Source of the DNA: an uncultured archaeon
GTDB lineage: Archaea > Asgardarchaeota > Lokiarchaeia > Sigyniarchaeales > SOKP01
DNA: 24,000 bases
Assembly: GCA_964629395.1 (NCBI GenBank)
Contig: CAZVTX010000013.1
Coordinates: 1-24,000, forward strand
Direction: 5' to 3'
The position numbers and the translations under genes were made by a program. Below are positions 14,872-23,793 of the stretch, one piece after another. Each line of letters opens with the position of its first letter. The first letter of the stretch is position 1. The notes beneath the pieces were generated by a model that did not search any database, was not told where the DNA came from, and was given only the letters and a program-made list of their open reading frames with translations.

Positions 14872-16172
14872 GATGATCCTATGAATCCTAAAGTTTTAAA
14901 TTTGTTTTTTATTTCCTCAATTCTCTTTTCCGACTCCAGAAACGTTTTACATTTAGTGGCAATTAAACATGAATAATTAGGATTTTCAATATCTAAAGGT
15001 TCTTCTAAAGATATTAACGGTGTTATTAATTCGGGTATATTTTTTAAAATATTAGGGATTATTGTTTTATTTAATTTTTCCTTTTTTGCAGCACCCTTAT
15101 ATTTTAATTCTAATTTTCTATAATGTGAAAAATATTTAAATTTCAAATCTATTTGGCTTTTTATTATCCCCATATGAGAGTTATATATTAAATTTGCAAG
15201 ATTTTTTTCTGTAGCTTTTTTTATTCCCAAATAAGATGTTGTCAAACGGGGATTTATTTCAATTAAATTAATTTTACCCGATTTTTCTAAAATAAAATCG
15301 ATTCCAAAATATCCGCAAAAATTTGAAAAATTAAGTTTATTTAATTCCTTTTGGATCAATTTTTTCAACTTTTTAAAATTTTTAATTGGCGTAAATCCTC
15401 CTAAATATTGGAGTGTCTTATTCTTTTTATCTAAATTGATAATTTGAGAGTTAATACTTAAAATGATTGGATTCTCACCCGTACCAATTAATGAAATACT
15501 TAGATTCTCTCCCTTTATAAATTCCTGAAGTATATAATTGTCTGATTTATCTTCTATTGTGTTAAATCTAATAATAAAATCGTTTAACTCCTTTAAATTA
15601 TCTATGATAAAAATTGATTCGGCACCTACGCCATCTTCGGGTTTAATTATAATCGATGTACCGAGTTCTTCCATTTTATCTTTTATAAAATCAATATCTA
15701 AAGTATTCTCCTTCCATGGAATTTTAAAAGTAATTGGTGTATTAACATGATTTTCATTAAAAAATTTATAAGTTTTTAATTTATGGGTTCCTAAATCAAT
15801 TGCTTCTAAATTAACGCCTAAATTTTCCTTTCCTAACTTTTCTACAATTTTATTTAAATTATACAAAATATTATCAAATTCTGGCGCAATAATTAGAATA
15901 AAATCATTATTTTCGGCCAATTCAGAAAATTTTTCGTTATAATCTTCTGATGGATGAATAAATTTAATGTTTTTTACATTTAAATCGTTTCTTAAAAAAT
16001 GAATTCTATTATCTAATAATGTACTTATTTTAAAGCCTATTAAAGAAAAATCTTCTATTATTGATTTTAACATACCGTATCCTTCACAAAATAAAGAACT
16101 TGGAATATTCTCCTTGTTAAAACCGCCACCAGAAATAAATTCAAAAATAAATAGATTTTGTTCACTTTTCAA
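14868..16172 (-). CDS. ATP-grasp superfamily ligase (COG1821/COG2232-like carboligase), substrate unknown
   Basis: 434 aa. ATP-grasp motifs are IIIKPEDGVGAESIFII, YILQEFIKGENLSISLI and GYFGIDFILEKSGKINLIEINPRLTTSY. The N-terminus LFIFEFISGGGF...EGYGML resembles MfnD-like enzymes, from memory only. Confidence 0.7.
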   Translation of the reverse strand: MKSEQNLFIFEFISGGGFNKENIPSSLFCEGYGMLKSIIEDFSLIGFKISTLLDNRIHFLRNDLNVKNIKFIHPSEDYNEKFSELAENNDFILIIAPEFDNILYNLNKIVEKLGKENLGVNLEAIDLGTHKLKTYKFFNENHVNTPITFKIPWKENTLDIDFIKDKMEELGTSIIIKPEDGVGAESIFIIDNLKELNDFIIRFNTIEDKSDNYILQEFIKGENLSISLIGTGENPIILSINSQIINLDKKNKTLQYLGGFTPIKNFKKLKKLIQKELNKLNFSNFCGYFGIDFILEKSGKINLIEINPRLTTSYLGIKKATEKNLANLIYNSHMGIIKSQIDLKFKYFSHYRKLELKYKGAAKKEKLNKTIIPNILKNIPELITPLISLEEPLDIENPNYSCLIATKCKTFLESEKRIEEIKNKFKTLGFIGSS

Positions 16173-16273
16173 AATCCAACACTTTTCGATGAATTATTAT
16201 AATTACTAATTAAGTTTAATAGAAAATAAAGAATATTTTTAATTAACTAAAATTTAACAAAAACTTTTGAGTT

Positions 16274-17509
16274 ATGTCCTTCTTTCCGGAAGAAATCATG
16301 CAAAGAATAAGGTTTCTTCATTTCTCTATTAAAAAAATAGAAGAAGCCTTAGATAAAGAAGATGAGCATTTTGATGTTGATGACTTAAATTTAATTCAAG
16401 AATATACGATGATTTTAAATACGGATTACGGAAATTTAAATCATAAAACAATACTAAAAGAGCTCAATATAAGACAAAAATTTTTTGATCCTATAGAAAA
16501 TAAAGAAATAGAGATTTATGATTTAGTATTTGAATGCGCTAGAGCTCTATGGATATTGGCTAAGGCTTATTCTTACCTCTCTGAACAATTTGAAGAGAAT
16601 GGTGAATGGGATAATGCTATTATTTCAATGGTTCAGAGCAGTAAAATGTATAAGGCGGCAGCATATTTTAGTGCAGCTTCAATTCATCAATATGATAAAG
16701 GAACTGTTCTTTTACCTGAAGAATTAGAATTAAACTCCGAAGAATCCCGTATTCTTGCTCAAAGCATTGCTGCATCAAAAGAAGAAGCCAATAATAATCT
16801 TTATTTTGCATCTAAACTTTATGCTGGCCTTTCAGCTATGTCAAAAAGGCTTTTTTATCTTAGAAAGCATGAAGAAAAGAAACGACAGCAAATTAGAGCC
16901 CAATTTCATTATGATATGGGCAGGGCCTGCTTTCTAAAGGCAAAAGCATCCTTAGAATCCTCGCTAACAAATCTTAATCAAAATAAAATAAAAAAATTGC
17001 AGAAAAAAGCTAATTTTTATTATACAAAAGCTAAAGAAATTTGGGAACTTATGTTGGAAAATTTAAAAGATTTAACAACAGAGGAACAAGAAAATGTAAA
17101 AATAAACCTTTCTGTCGTTGAAGAAAATATTAAAGAAAACGAGGTTGCACCGTTAGATTATGAAGAAATCAAGAAAATTCAAGACCCTGAACCAATAATT
17201 ATAATTCCCGAAAATCTTGCTCCATTCGTTCCAAAAGCTTCGGTTTATTTAACGAAATTTGTTCCTAAAGATCTTCATATTAAAAGATTTAAAGAATTTC
17301 AAAAGAAAAAATTAGAGAAAAAGATTCCTTACAGTAAGAAGGAAAAATTGAGAGATAAAAAAGCGGGTATTGTTCGTACGATTAATGAACTAAAAATGCT
17401 TTTAGAAAACAAAGAAATTGATGTAGAGAAATATGCTGAATTAATGGAAAAATATTCTACTAAACTACAAATGATTGATTCTGCTTTAGAAAAGATATCT
17501 AAAAAATAA
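16274..17509 (+). CDS. all-alpha hypothetical protein (TPR-like helical hairpins plus a Lys/Glu-rich coiled-coil C-terminus)
   Basis: 411-aa ORF with amphipathic helices rich in A/Y/L (ARALWILAKAYSYL, KMYKAAAYFSAAS, LYFASKLYAGLSAMSKRLFYL, ANFYYTKAKEIWE). No catalytic motif. Confidence 0.55.
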   Translation: MSFFPEEIMQRIRFLHFSIKKIEEALDKEDEHFDVDDLNLIQEYTMILNTDYGNLNHKTILKELNIRQKFFDPIENKEIEIYDLVFECARALWILAKAYSYLSEQFEENGEWDNAIISMVQSSKMYKAAAYFSAASIHQYDKGTVLLPEELELNSEESRILAQSIAASKEEANNNLYFASKLYAGLSAMSKRLFYLRKHEEKKRQQIRAQFHYDMGRACFLKAKASLESSLTNLNQNKIKKLQKKANFYYTKAKEIWELMLENLKDLTTEEQENVKINLSVVEENIKENEVAPLDYEEIKKIQDPEPIIIIPENLAPFVPKASVYLTKFVPKDLHIKRFKEFQKKKLEKKIPYSKKEKLRDKKAGIVRTINELKMLLENKEIDVEKYAELMEKYSTKLQMIDSALEKISKK

Positions 17510-18016
17510 TTATCTCTTTTTATCCAAATGTTCCCTTCTTTCGCTCGGCTCTAAATATCTTGTTCTATTGTAATCTAATTCATATTTCCTTTCAGATTCA
17601 TCTTTAAATAATAAATCATAACTTTCTTTAAAGATTACCGAGATTAAACAAAACTGCATGATGATTATCAAATATATCATCATAACCTCTAAGTTATGAA
17701 GGTCTCTAAAAAGAAGCGAAATAAAAAAGCCAAAATGAATGGAATATATTATGGTTATAATTAATATTCTCTTAGCATAATGTAAAATATATTTTTCTTC
17801 TAATTTGAAGACCTTATCTATAATAAGAGCCTCTCTTAAATAGTAAAAACTAAAAATTATATTAATAATACATAAAATTACTATAAAATCTCTGTCTATA
17901 GGTTCTAAGGCAATATAGGGCTTTAAAACAATTGACCCTATCATAAATGTAAGCGAGAAAATAAATATAACAAATGATAAACTCGTTAATCCATCTTTAA
18001 AATCCTTTAAATCCAT
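17510..18016 (-). CDS. small membrane protein (4 TM), unknown function
   Basis: 168-aa hydrophobic ORF with a charged C-terminal tail. Its stop abuts the stop of 16274..17509 (TAATTA). Confidence 0.5.
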   Translation of the reverse strand: MDLKDFKDGLTSLSFVIFIFSLTFMIGSIVLKPYIALEPIDRDFIVILCIINIIFSFYYLREALIIDKVFKLEEKYILHYAKRILIITIIYSIHFGFFISLLFRDLHNLEVMMIYLIIIMQFCLISVIFKESYDLLFKDESERKYELDYNRTRYLEPSERREHLDKKR

Positions 18017-18117
18017 TGAAGTGAAAAAGATTATTTTAATTTTAGAATTATTTAAACTATAAATATTTTGAATTCAAAAATAAAATTAATGTTTAAAATA
18101 ATAGGAATAAAGTATTT

Positions 18118-19389
18118 ATGAATCATTCAAAAAAATATATTGGATTAATAATTGGGATAGGACTCTTCATTACAATAATCTTTTCAACCTCATATATAAT
18201 TAATGTTCCTACTTTTACTAAAAATCAGAATTTCAATGAAAAAATAATGTATCCCGAACCAAAATCATCTTATACAAAAGTTAATCCGATAATAATTAAT
18301 AATGATAATGATTTTGAGACCCTTAAAAATACCGCTTCATATTGTACGGGTAATGGAAGTGCCGATAATCCTTATCGGATTAAAGGAATACAGATTGATG
18401 CTGGAGGGTCTGGTTATTGCATTTCAATCAAAAATACAAGGGTTTATTTTGTTATAGAAGATTCTTATATACTAAATAGCGGAAATTATAAAGCGGGTAT
18501 TTATCTATATAATGTTGTCAACGGAACTATAAAAAATAATACATTATCTTCAAATGGTTGCGGTATTGACATAGTTAATAGCTCAAAGAATGTTATTGTT
18601 AACAATACATTCATAAGGAATAAAATCGGTTTGAGAATAGATTTCGGTTATTTTTCAAACGGAAATCCAAGGATCTGTAAGGATAATCTGATTTATGATA
18701 ACTATTTTTTATATTCTACACTTGATCAAATACAAGATAAAACCGGATTAGCAAATAATAAATTATTCGAGAGTTCGATAAAACGGGGCAATTATTGGTC
18801 TAATCTTCATCGCACATATTTAGGTGAAAATTTCACGAGAATAATAAACAATCAAAATGTTAGCTTTTACATCTGTCAACCAAATCAAAATTTTACATTC
18901 AGTAATAATCCGTTAAATTATGATAAATATCCTTTAACTGCAAATGATACGGACAAAGATGGGCTGGATGACATTTTAGAGGCATTATTATGGCGTACAA
19001 ATATAAGTTTATATGACACTGATGGTGATTCCATGTGGGATGGCTGGGAAGTTAGCAATGGTTTTGATCCTTTAAATCCAGGCGATAAAACAGAAGACGC
19101 AGATGATGATGGGTTAGAGAACTATATTGAATTTCGGGATACTTATCCTAATGAGAAAAAATTTTATGAAAAAACTGATCCTAACGATGCTGATACTGAT
19201 AACGATGGTTGGGAGGATGGTAAAGAAGTAGAAGAGGGAACGAGTCCAACAAATCCTTTTGATCATCCCGATTTTGAAAATGTAGAGAATGTTCAAATAT
19301 CATTTGGATTATACTTCCTTATCTCTTTAACAATTAGTGCAGTCTGCTTAATCTTCACTATAAAACATAAATTAAAGGCACTTAAGTAA
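18118..19389 (+). CDS. cell-surface protein: signal/anchor, right-handed beta-helix (PbH1/NosD-like) repeats, TSP3-like Ca-binding Asp repeats, C-terminal TM anchor
   Basis: N-terminal hydrophobic segment IGLIIGIGLFITIIF. Beta-helix repeat pattern (ISIKNT..YFVIEDSYILNSG, IYLYNVVNGTIKNNTLSSNG, IDIVNSSKNVIVNNTF). Four D-x-D-x-D-G-type repeats (DTDKDGLDD, DTDGDSMWDGWE, DADDDGLENY, DADTDNDGWEDG). C-terminus FGLYFLISLTISAVCLIFTI followed by KHKLKALK. Confidence 0.65.
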   Translation: MNHSKKYIGLIIGIGLFITIIFSTSYIINVPTFTKNQNFNEKIMYPEPKSSYTKVNPIIINNDNDFETLKNTASYCTGNGSADNPYRIKGIQIDAGGSGYCISIKNTRVYFVIEDSYILNSGNYKAGIYLYNVVNGTIKNNTLSSNGCGIDIVNSSKNVIVNNTFIRNKIGLRIDFGYFSNGNPRICKDNLIYDNYFLYSTLDQIQDKTGLANNKLFESSIKRGNYWSNLHRTYLGENFTRIINNQNVSFYICQPNQNFTFSNNPLNYDKYPLTANDTDKDGLDDILEALLWRTNISLYDTDGDSMWDGWEVSNGFDPLNPGDKTEDADDDGLENYIEFRDTYPNEKKFYEKTDPNDADTDNDGWEDGKEVEEGTSPTNPFDHPDFENVENVQISFGLYFLISLTISAVCLIFTIKHKLKALK

Positions 19390-19496
19390 TTTTTTTTAAT
19401 TACTTTTTAATTTTCTTTATTTGAAATTTTATTAATATTGAAAATTAATTTATATTAGATAATTTAAATTTATATTTCTCCTGCTAGTGCTTTAAT

Positions 19497-21251
19497 ATGA
19501 CAGTTTTATCGGAACAAGAAATTGAAGATTTAAAAAAAACACATCCGTTAAAAAGGATTTTACGAATAATTTTTCTTATAACCGGTTTTATTTTAATCGC
19601 ATTAGGGATTGTCTTACTTTTATTAAATATAGATTATGGTGTAACCATTGGAGATATTAACATATCTTTTGTAATAGATCTTATATTGATTATTTTCGGA
19701 ATGATAATTGCATCAAAATATTGGATTGCACCTTATTATTTAAGAGAAAATTCATTAACGTTGAAAAGACTGAGAGATTTAAGAGAACCGGTAAAAAAAT
19801 ATGTTAAATTTAATTCCTTTGCTTTGACAAGATTACTTGCTGCGATATTTCTTATTACTGTTGGGATGTGGACATATACCGTTTTTGGATCGGGAATTGG
19901 ACATGGGGAGACCCGTTATGGAAATGCAATTGTATTGGGGGGTCCCTCTTATTTTTATGTAACTGGACTTCCTGCTTTAATTATAGGTGGCAGTTTGTTA
20001 TTATATGTATTGCTGAGTGTATTTCGGGGAACTTTCTCGGAATCCGAAAATTTTTATTTCTTTTATGAACTCAGACCATTATGTCCGTGGTTAACCGAAA
20101 TCCCAAAAAAAGATATCGAAGCAATAAGATATCAAAATAATCATCTTGGCCCAAAATTAGCATGGATATTATTGCTGATGCCTTTTATTGTTCTACAATT
20201 AATGACAGGAGTACCGCTTTATTTTAACAATGAAAGGCAAGCTCCCGAATATGTTTTTTCAAATACTCTTACATTTATCTCTATCTTGGAAATAATTGCT
20301 TTAATTATATTGGTTTTTGTTCATCAACAGTATTTTGAGATTGCAACTGATGAGATGCTTTATGAAATGTGGTTTTCTCCGTTAAGATTAAGAAATCAAC
20401 CCGAGTTAACTGAAAAAATTGCCGACTTTTTTAATTGCGGTATAGATAAAGATATTATCTCTGAAAGAGAGAGGGAATTAGAAATGATTCATTCAGATTC
20501 TCAAGGCTCTGCAAACAATCTCTTTAGTAATGTAAGTAATACTCATTTTCAACTTTTTAATACACTTTTTGGCTTATTTTTAATGGTATCTGCAATAATA
20601 ATGGCAACAAATATGATATTATTTGGACCATTATTTTGGTGGATTGCGTTAATGTACGGATTTATGCTTTTAGTTAAAGCTTTTAATGAAGATTTCAGCC
20701 GAAAAGGAGCCACCTTATTTGAATATAATCCCGAAAAGAAAATCTTTAAATTTCAAAAAAGATTTGCCTATAAATTCCAATATATTACGGCTTATAAGGT
20801 TGAATCCGTTAAAGTTAAAAAATGGTTTAGAAGGCTCGATTTTTTCGATATTTTCGGAATCTGCGGAATGCTTATCATGCTTACTTTGCAGCAAACGGAA
20901 GGATGGGCAATTATCGACCCAGAAATTATTCAATCTAATGTGATTTATGATAATATCATAAGTACAATATATATGGCTGTTTGCTTTTTCCTCATTTTCT
21001 TATATCTATGTGTTCCTATTGACGTAATTGAATTTAAAACACCTACAATTGTTTATAGGATTCCAATTACAATAAAAACTGAAAATCAGAATTTTTTTAA
21101 AAAATGTCTCTTTAATTTAAAGAATTTTATGAAGGATATAAAAGAAAATAATGCGATGAAAACATTTAAGATCAGATTAGGTGCGTTTTTAACATTAATT
21201 ATAGGAACACTCATTTTTACTACGATTCTTTTGATTTCTTACTTTATGTAA
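19497..21251 (+). CDS. large polytopic membrane protein built from five TM-hairpin plus beta-rich modules
   Basis: 584-aa ORF with about 11 TM helices. Each TM pair is followed by a 35-75 aa soluble segment. See the finding for this region. Confidence 0.6.
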   Translation: MTVLSEQEIEDLKKTHPLKRILRIIFLITGFILIALGIVLLLLNIDYGVTIGDINISFVIDLILIIFGMIIASKYWIAPYYLRENSLTLKRLRDLREPVKKYVKFNSFALTRLLAAIFLITVGMWTYTVFGSGIGHGETRYGNAIVLGGPSYFYVTGLPALIIGGSLLLYVLLSVFRGTFSESENFYFFYELRPLCPWLTEIPKKDIEAIRYQNNHLGPKLAWILLLMPFIVLQLMTGVPLYFNNERQAPEYVFSNTLTFISILEIIALIILVFVHQQYFEIATDEMLYEMWFSPLRLRNQPELTEKIADFFNCGIDKDIISERERELEMIHSDSQGSANNLFSNVSNTHFQLFNTLFGLFLMVSAIIMATNMILFGPLFWWIALMYGFMLLVKAFNEDFSRKGATLFEYNPEKKIFKFQKRFAYKFQYITAYKVESVKVKKWFRRLDFFDIFGICGMLIMLTLQQTEGWAIIDPEIIQSNVIYDNIISTIYMAVCFFLIFLYLCVPIDVIEFKTPTIVYRIPITIKTENQNFFKKCLFNLKNFMKDIKENNAMKTFKIRLGAFLTLIIGTLIFTTILLISYFM

Positions 21252-21306
21252 TTTTCTCAACTCTTTTTACTTCTAATTTTTTATTTTAAGGATACTTTTA
21301 AAATAT

Positions 21307-21576
21307 ATGGTAGATCAAGCATCGCTATTAATGTATATAAAAAATATGTTGGGTGATTTAATTTATATTAATGGGATAATCGCTACAGAACTAATCACTA
21401 TTACAGAAAACTTGGCAGCAATGAGACATGGCGAGGAATTTCTTGCCAAGAGCCCATGCATCGAAGAGCATAATAAGCTAAAAAAATATATTGTAAATAT
21501 TGTAAAAAATTATAAAAGAATTCCCGAGAATTTCTTGGATGATTTAGAGAAGCATGTATTAAAACATCTTGAATAA
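21307..21576 (+). CDS. small helical hypothetical protein
   Basis: 89-aa ORF. Its stop lies 34 nt upstream of the preferred iscU start and overlaps the longer TTG-initiated ORF. No family recognised. Confidence 0.45.
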   Translation: MVDQASLLMYIKNMLGDLIYINGIIATELITITENLAAMRHGEEFLAKSPCIEEHNKLKKYIVNIVKNYKRIPENFLDDLEKHVLKHLE

Positions 21577-21610
21577 TTATGATCTTAGATTAAGAGGGAG
21601 TGATAAAATT

Positions 21611-22045
21611 ATGAATGATGACGATTTTGATAAATTTGTTGAGGAACTTCAAAAAGAGATCATTCAGAAAGAACTTGAGGTTTTTAATGAAAGAATTGTT
21701 GAAATTTTCCATAATCCAAAAAATTGGGGTAAAATGGAGGGTGAAGATATAATATCAGAAGCATATCGTGGGCCTTGCGGCGATTTAATGGAATTTTATT
21801 TGAAAATAAAAGATGGTATTATTGAGAAAGCAACTTTTATCACGGATGGTTGCGGAGCTTCTGTGGCGGCTGGTTCCCAAACAACAATATTAATTGAAGG
21901 TAAAGATATAGAATATGCAAAAAATCTTAAACCTGAAGATATAGATAAAGCTTTAAATGGTCTTCCAGAAGACCATAAACACTGCGCAGAATTATGCGTA
22001 AGGACTTTAAGAAAAGTATTAAAAAAATATAATCAAAAACAATAA
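21611..22045 (+). CDS. iscU: IscU/NifU-N-like Fe-S cluster scaffold
   Basis: Three scaffold cysteines in the canonical context: PCGDLMEFYLKI, FITDGCGASVAAGS and LPEDHKHCAELC. The ORF track opens at TTG 21569. I prefer ATG 21611 because GGGAGTGAT (Shine-Dalgarno-like) lies 6-14 nt upstream. Confidence 0.85.
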   Translation: MNDDDFDKFVEELQKEIIQKELEVFNERIVEIFHNPKNWGKMEGEDIISEAYRGPCGDLMEFYLKIKDGIIEKATFITDGCGASVAAGSQTTILIEGKDIEYAKNLKPEDIDKALNGLPEDHKHCAELCVRTLRKVLKKYNQKQ

Positions 22046-22070
22046 ATAGTTATTGAGCAGGTCTAATTTT

Positions 22071-22802
22071 ATGACTGAAAATATAATTGAAGAAAAGTAT
22101 GATATCCCCGTAGATAATAATAAAGTAAGATTAAAAGGTTCATTATATTATAATTCTAATACAAAATCTAAAGCACCTTTAGTTATCAATTTTCCCGGTT
22201 TATTAGAACATAGAGAAAGTTATTTCGTAAAATTTTATACGGAAAAATTTGTAAAGGCGGGCTTTTATGTTTTTTCTTATGATTATCGGGCACATGGAGA
22301 AACTGCCAAGCAGACGGGTAAAAATTGGCTCAAGCAAATAAAAAATATATTTTCCGATGTAGGGATTGTAATCGATTGGATTTTTGAAAAATTTAGGGAT
22401 AAAATCAAGGATGATAAGCTAATTCTTTTCGGAAGAAGTTTAGGCGGAGCAATGATATTAACACATGGATACATTAACGATAAGACGAAAATTCTCATCC
22501 CTCTATGCACCAGATATGATTATGCTTCCTTTAAAAAGAAGATTTCATTTCCGCAAGACGTAATTCAACATATAAGCCCTAAATATTTTATTAAAAATAC
22601 TCCATCAAATAAAGAACGAATTTTTTTAGCCCATTGTAAAGATGACCCCCAAATTCCTTTTGAAAATTTTATATATATTAAAAATCATCTCGGTTTAAGT
22701 GATGAAAATGTGCTGACATATGAAACTGGTGGACATTCATTTAAAAACCATCGTGACGAATTATTTGATAAAATATATGAATTTTTAGTTAAACATCTTT
22801 AA
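22071..22802 (+). CDS. alpha/beta-fold hydrolase (serine hydrolase, dienelactone hydrolase or S9-like)
   Basis: Nucleophile elbow GRSLGGAM. A candidate Asp is in HCKDDPQIP and a candidate His in GGHSF. The ORF track opens at TTG 22053, and ATG 22071 (MTENIIEEK) is more likely. Confidence 0.7.
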   Translation: MTENIIEEKYDIPVDNNKVRLKGSLYYNSNTKSKAPLVINFPGLLEHRESYFVKFYTEKFVKAGFYVFSYDYRAHGETAKQTGKNWLKQIKNIFSDVGIVIDWIFEKFRDKIKDDKLILFGRSLGGAMILTHGYINDKTKILIPLCTRYDYASFKKKISFPQDVIQHISPKYFIKNTPSNKERIFLAHCKDDPQIPFENFIYIKNHLGLSDENVLTYETGGHSFKNHRDELFDKIYEFLVKHL

Positions 22803-22869
22803 AATATTATAAAATATGAAAAATTTATTCAATATATTTAAAAATTAAAGAAAATAAGGTATGGATTAA

Positions 22870-23772
22870 ATGGAAAAAATCTTAATTGTTGGACCGGCTT
22901 CTCAAACTCTTGGTGTTAAAATTGCAAAAGAACTTGGAATTAATTATATCAATACCGAATTTAAAAAGTTTGCGGATGGAGAGAATTATTTACGAATAAA
23001 TCTAGAAAACGAAGATATCATAAAGGGAAAAGAGATTATTATTGTCCAATCAACGGGTCCGAGTTCAAGCGATAATCAAAATGCAAGAATAATGGAATTA
23101 TTAATGATGATTGATGCCGTTAAACGTATGGGTGCAGGAAAAATAATAGTAGTAGTTCCTTACCTTGCATACGCCCGACAAGACAAAATCTTTCGTCCCG
23201 GAGAATCGCAATTTGCAAATATACTCTTAAAATTAATTAATTCCTTAGGTATCGATGAATTTTATGTTGTAGATATCCATGCACCTAAAGTATTGGAGGA
23301 ATTGGATTGTAAAGCCGTAAATATTGATTCAATGAGTGAACTTGCTAAATATATAAAATTTCTTGGAGCTAAGGATATTGTAGTAGTCTCACCTGATAAA
23401 GGTGCTGTTGAGAGATCAAAAGCATTTGCGAAGCATTTTGGTGAGAATGTTCCTGTAGATTTTTTTGAGAAAAAGAGAGACGTAAAAACAGGAGAAATAA
23501 CAATGTCAGGAAAATTAAGTTTAAAAGGAAAGGATGTAGTAATTGCTGATGATATTATTGCAACAGGTGGCACAATGGCAACTGCAATTAAATTATCAAA
23601 GGAAAGCGGTGCTAGAAAGGTTTATGCCGTAGCGACACACGCTCTTTTATTACAAAGTGCTAAATATCGTATATTGGATGCCGGTGCTGATGAAATTATT
23701 GGTACAGATACGATAGATAACGAAGCTGCAAAGGTTTCTTTAGCTGGATTGATTGCACAATATCTTAAATAG
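22870..23772 (+). CDS. prs: ribose-phosphate pyrophosphokinase (PRPP synthetase)
   Basis: FADGE...R, then VVPYLAYARQDK, then the PRPP-binding loop VVIADDIIATGGTMATAI. 300 aa. Confidence 0.95.
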   Translation: MEKILIVGPASQTLGVKIAKELGINYINTEFKKFADGENYLRINLENEDIIKGKEIIIVQSTGPSSSDNQNARIMELLMMIDAVKRMGAGKIIVVVPYLAYARQDKIFRPGESQFANILLKLINSLGIDEFYVVDIHAPKVLEELDCKAVNIDSMSELAKYIKFLGAKDIVVVSPDKGAVERSKAFAKHFGENVPVDFFEKKRDVKTGEITMSGKLSLKGKDVVIADDIIATGGTMATAIKLSKESGARKVYAVATHALLLQSAKYRILDAGADEIIGTDTIDNEAAKVSLAGLIAQYLK

Positions 23773-23793
23773 GATAATTTAGATTAAATTTTT

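Noticed and set aside
14868-16273. ATP-grasp gene as part of a RiPP (graspetide or microviridin-like) cluster.
   Set aside because: No small precursor-peptide ORF, protease or transporter lies next to it. The upstream region (16173-16273) has no ORF, and the downstream end overlaps a convergent regulator gene.
2476-23573. Internal or antisense ORFs listed in the track: 2476..2775, 4284..4511, 6120..6320, 6649..6870, 9128..9499, 15538..15750, 16530..16727, 16755..16937, 19114..19296, 19868..20068, 20686..20943, 20715..20933, 22283..22510, 23262..23573.
   Set aside because: All lie inside longer ORFs with recognisable motifs or a clear membrane-protein character. Their translations are low-complexity (S/F/L/I/K-rich), as expected for off-frame reading of AT-rich coding DNA.
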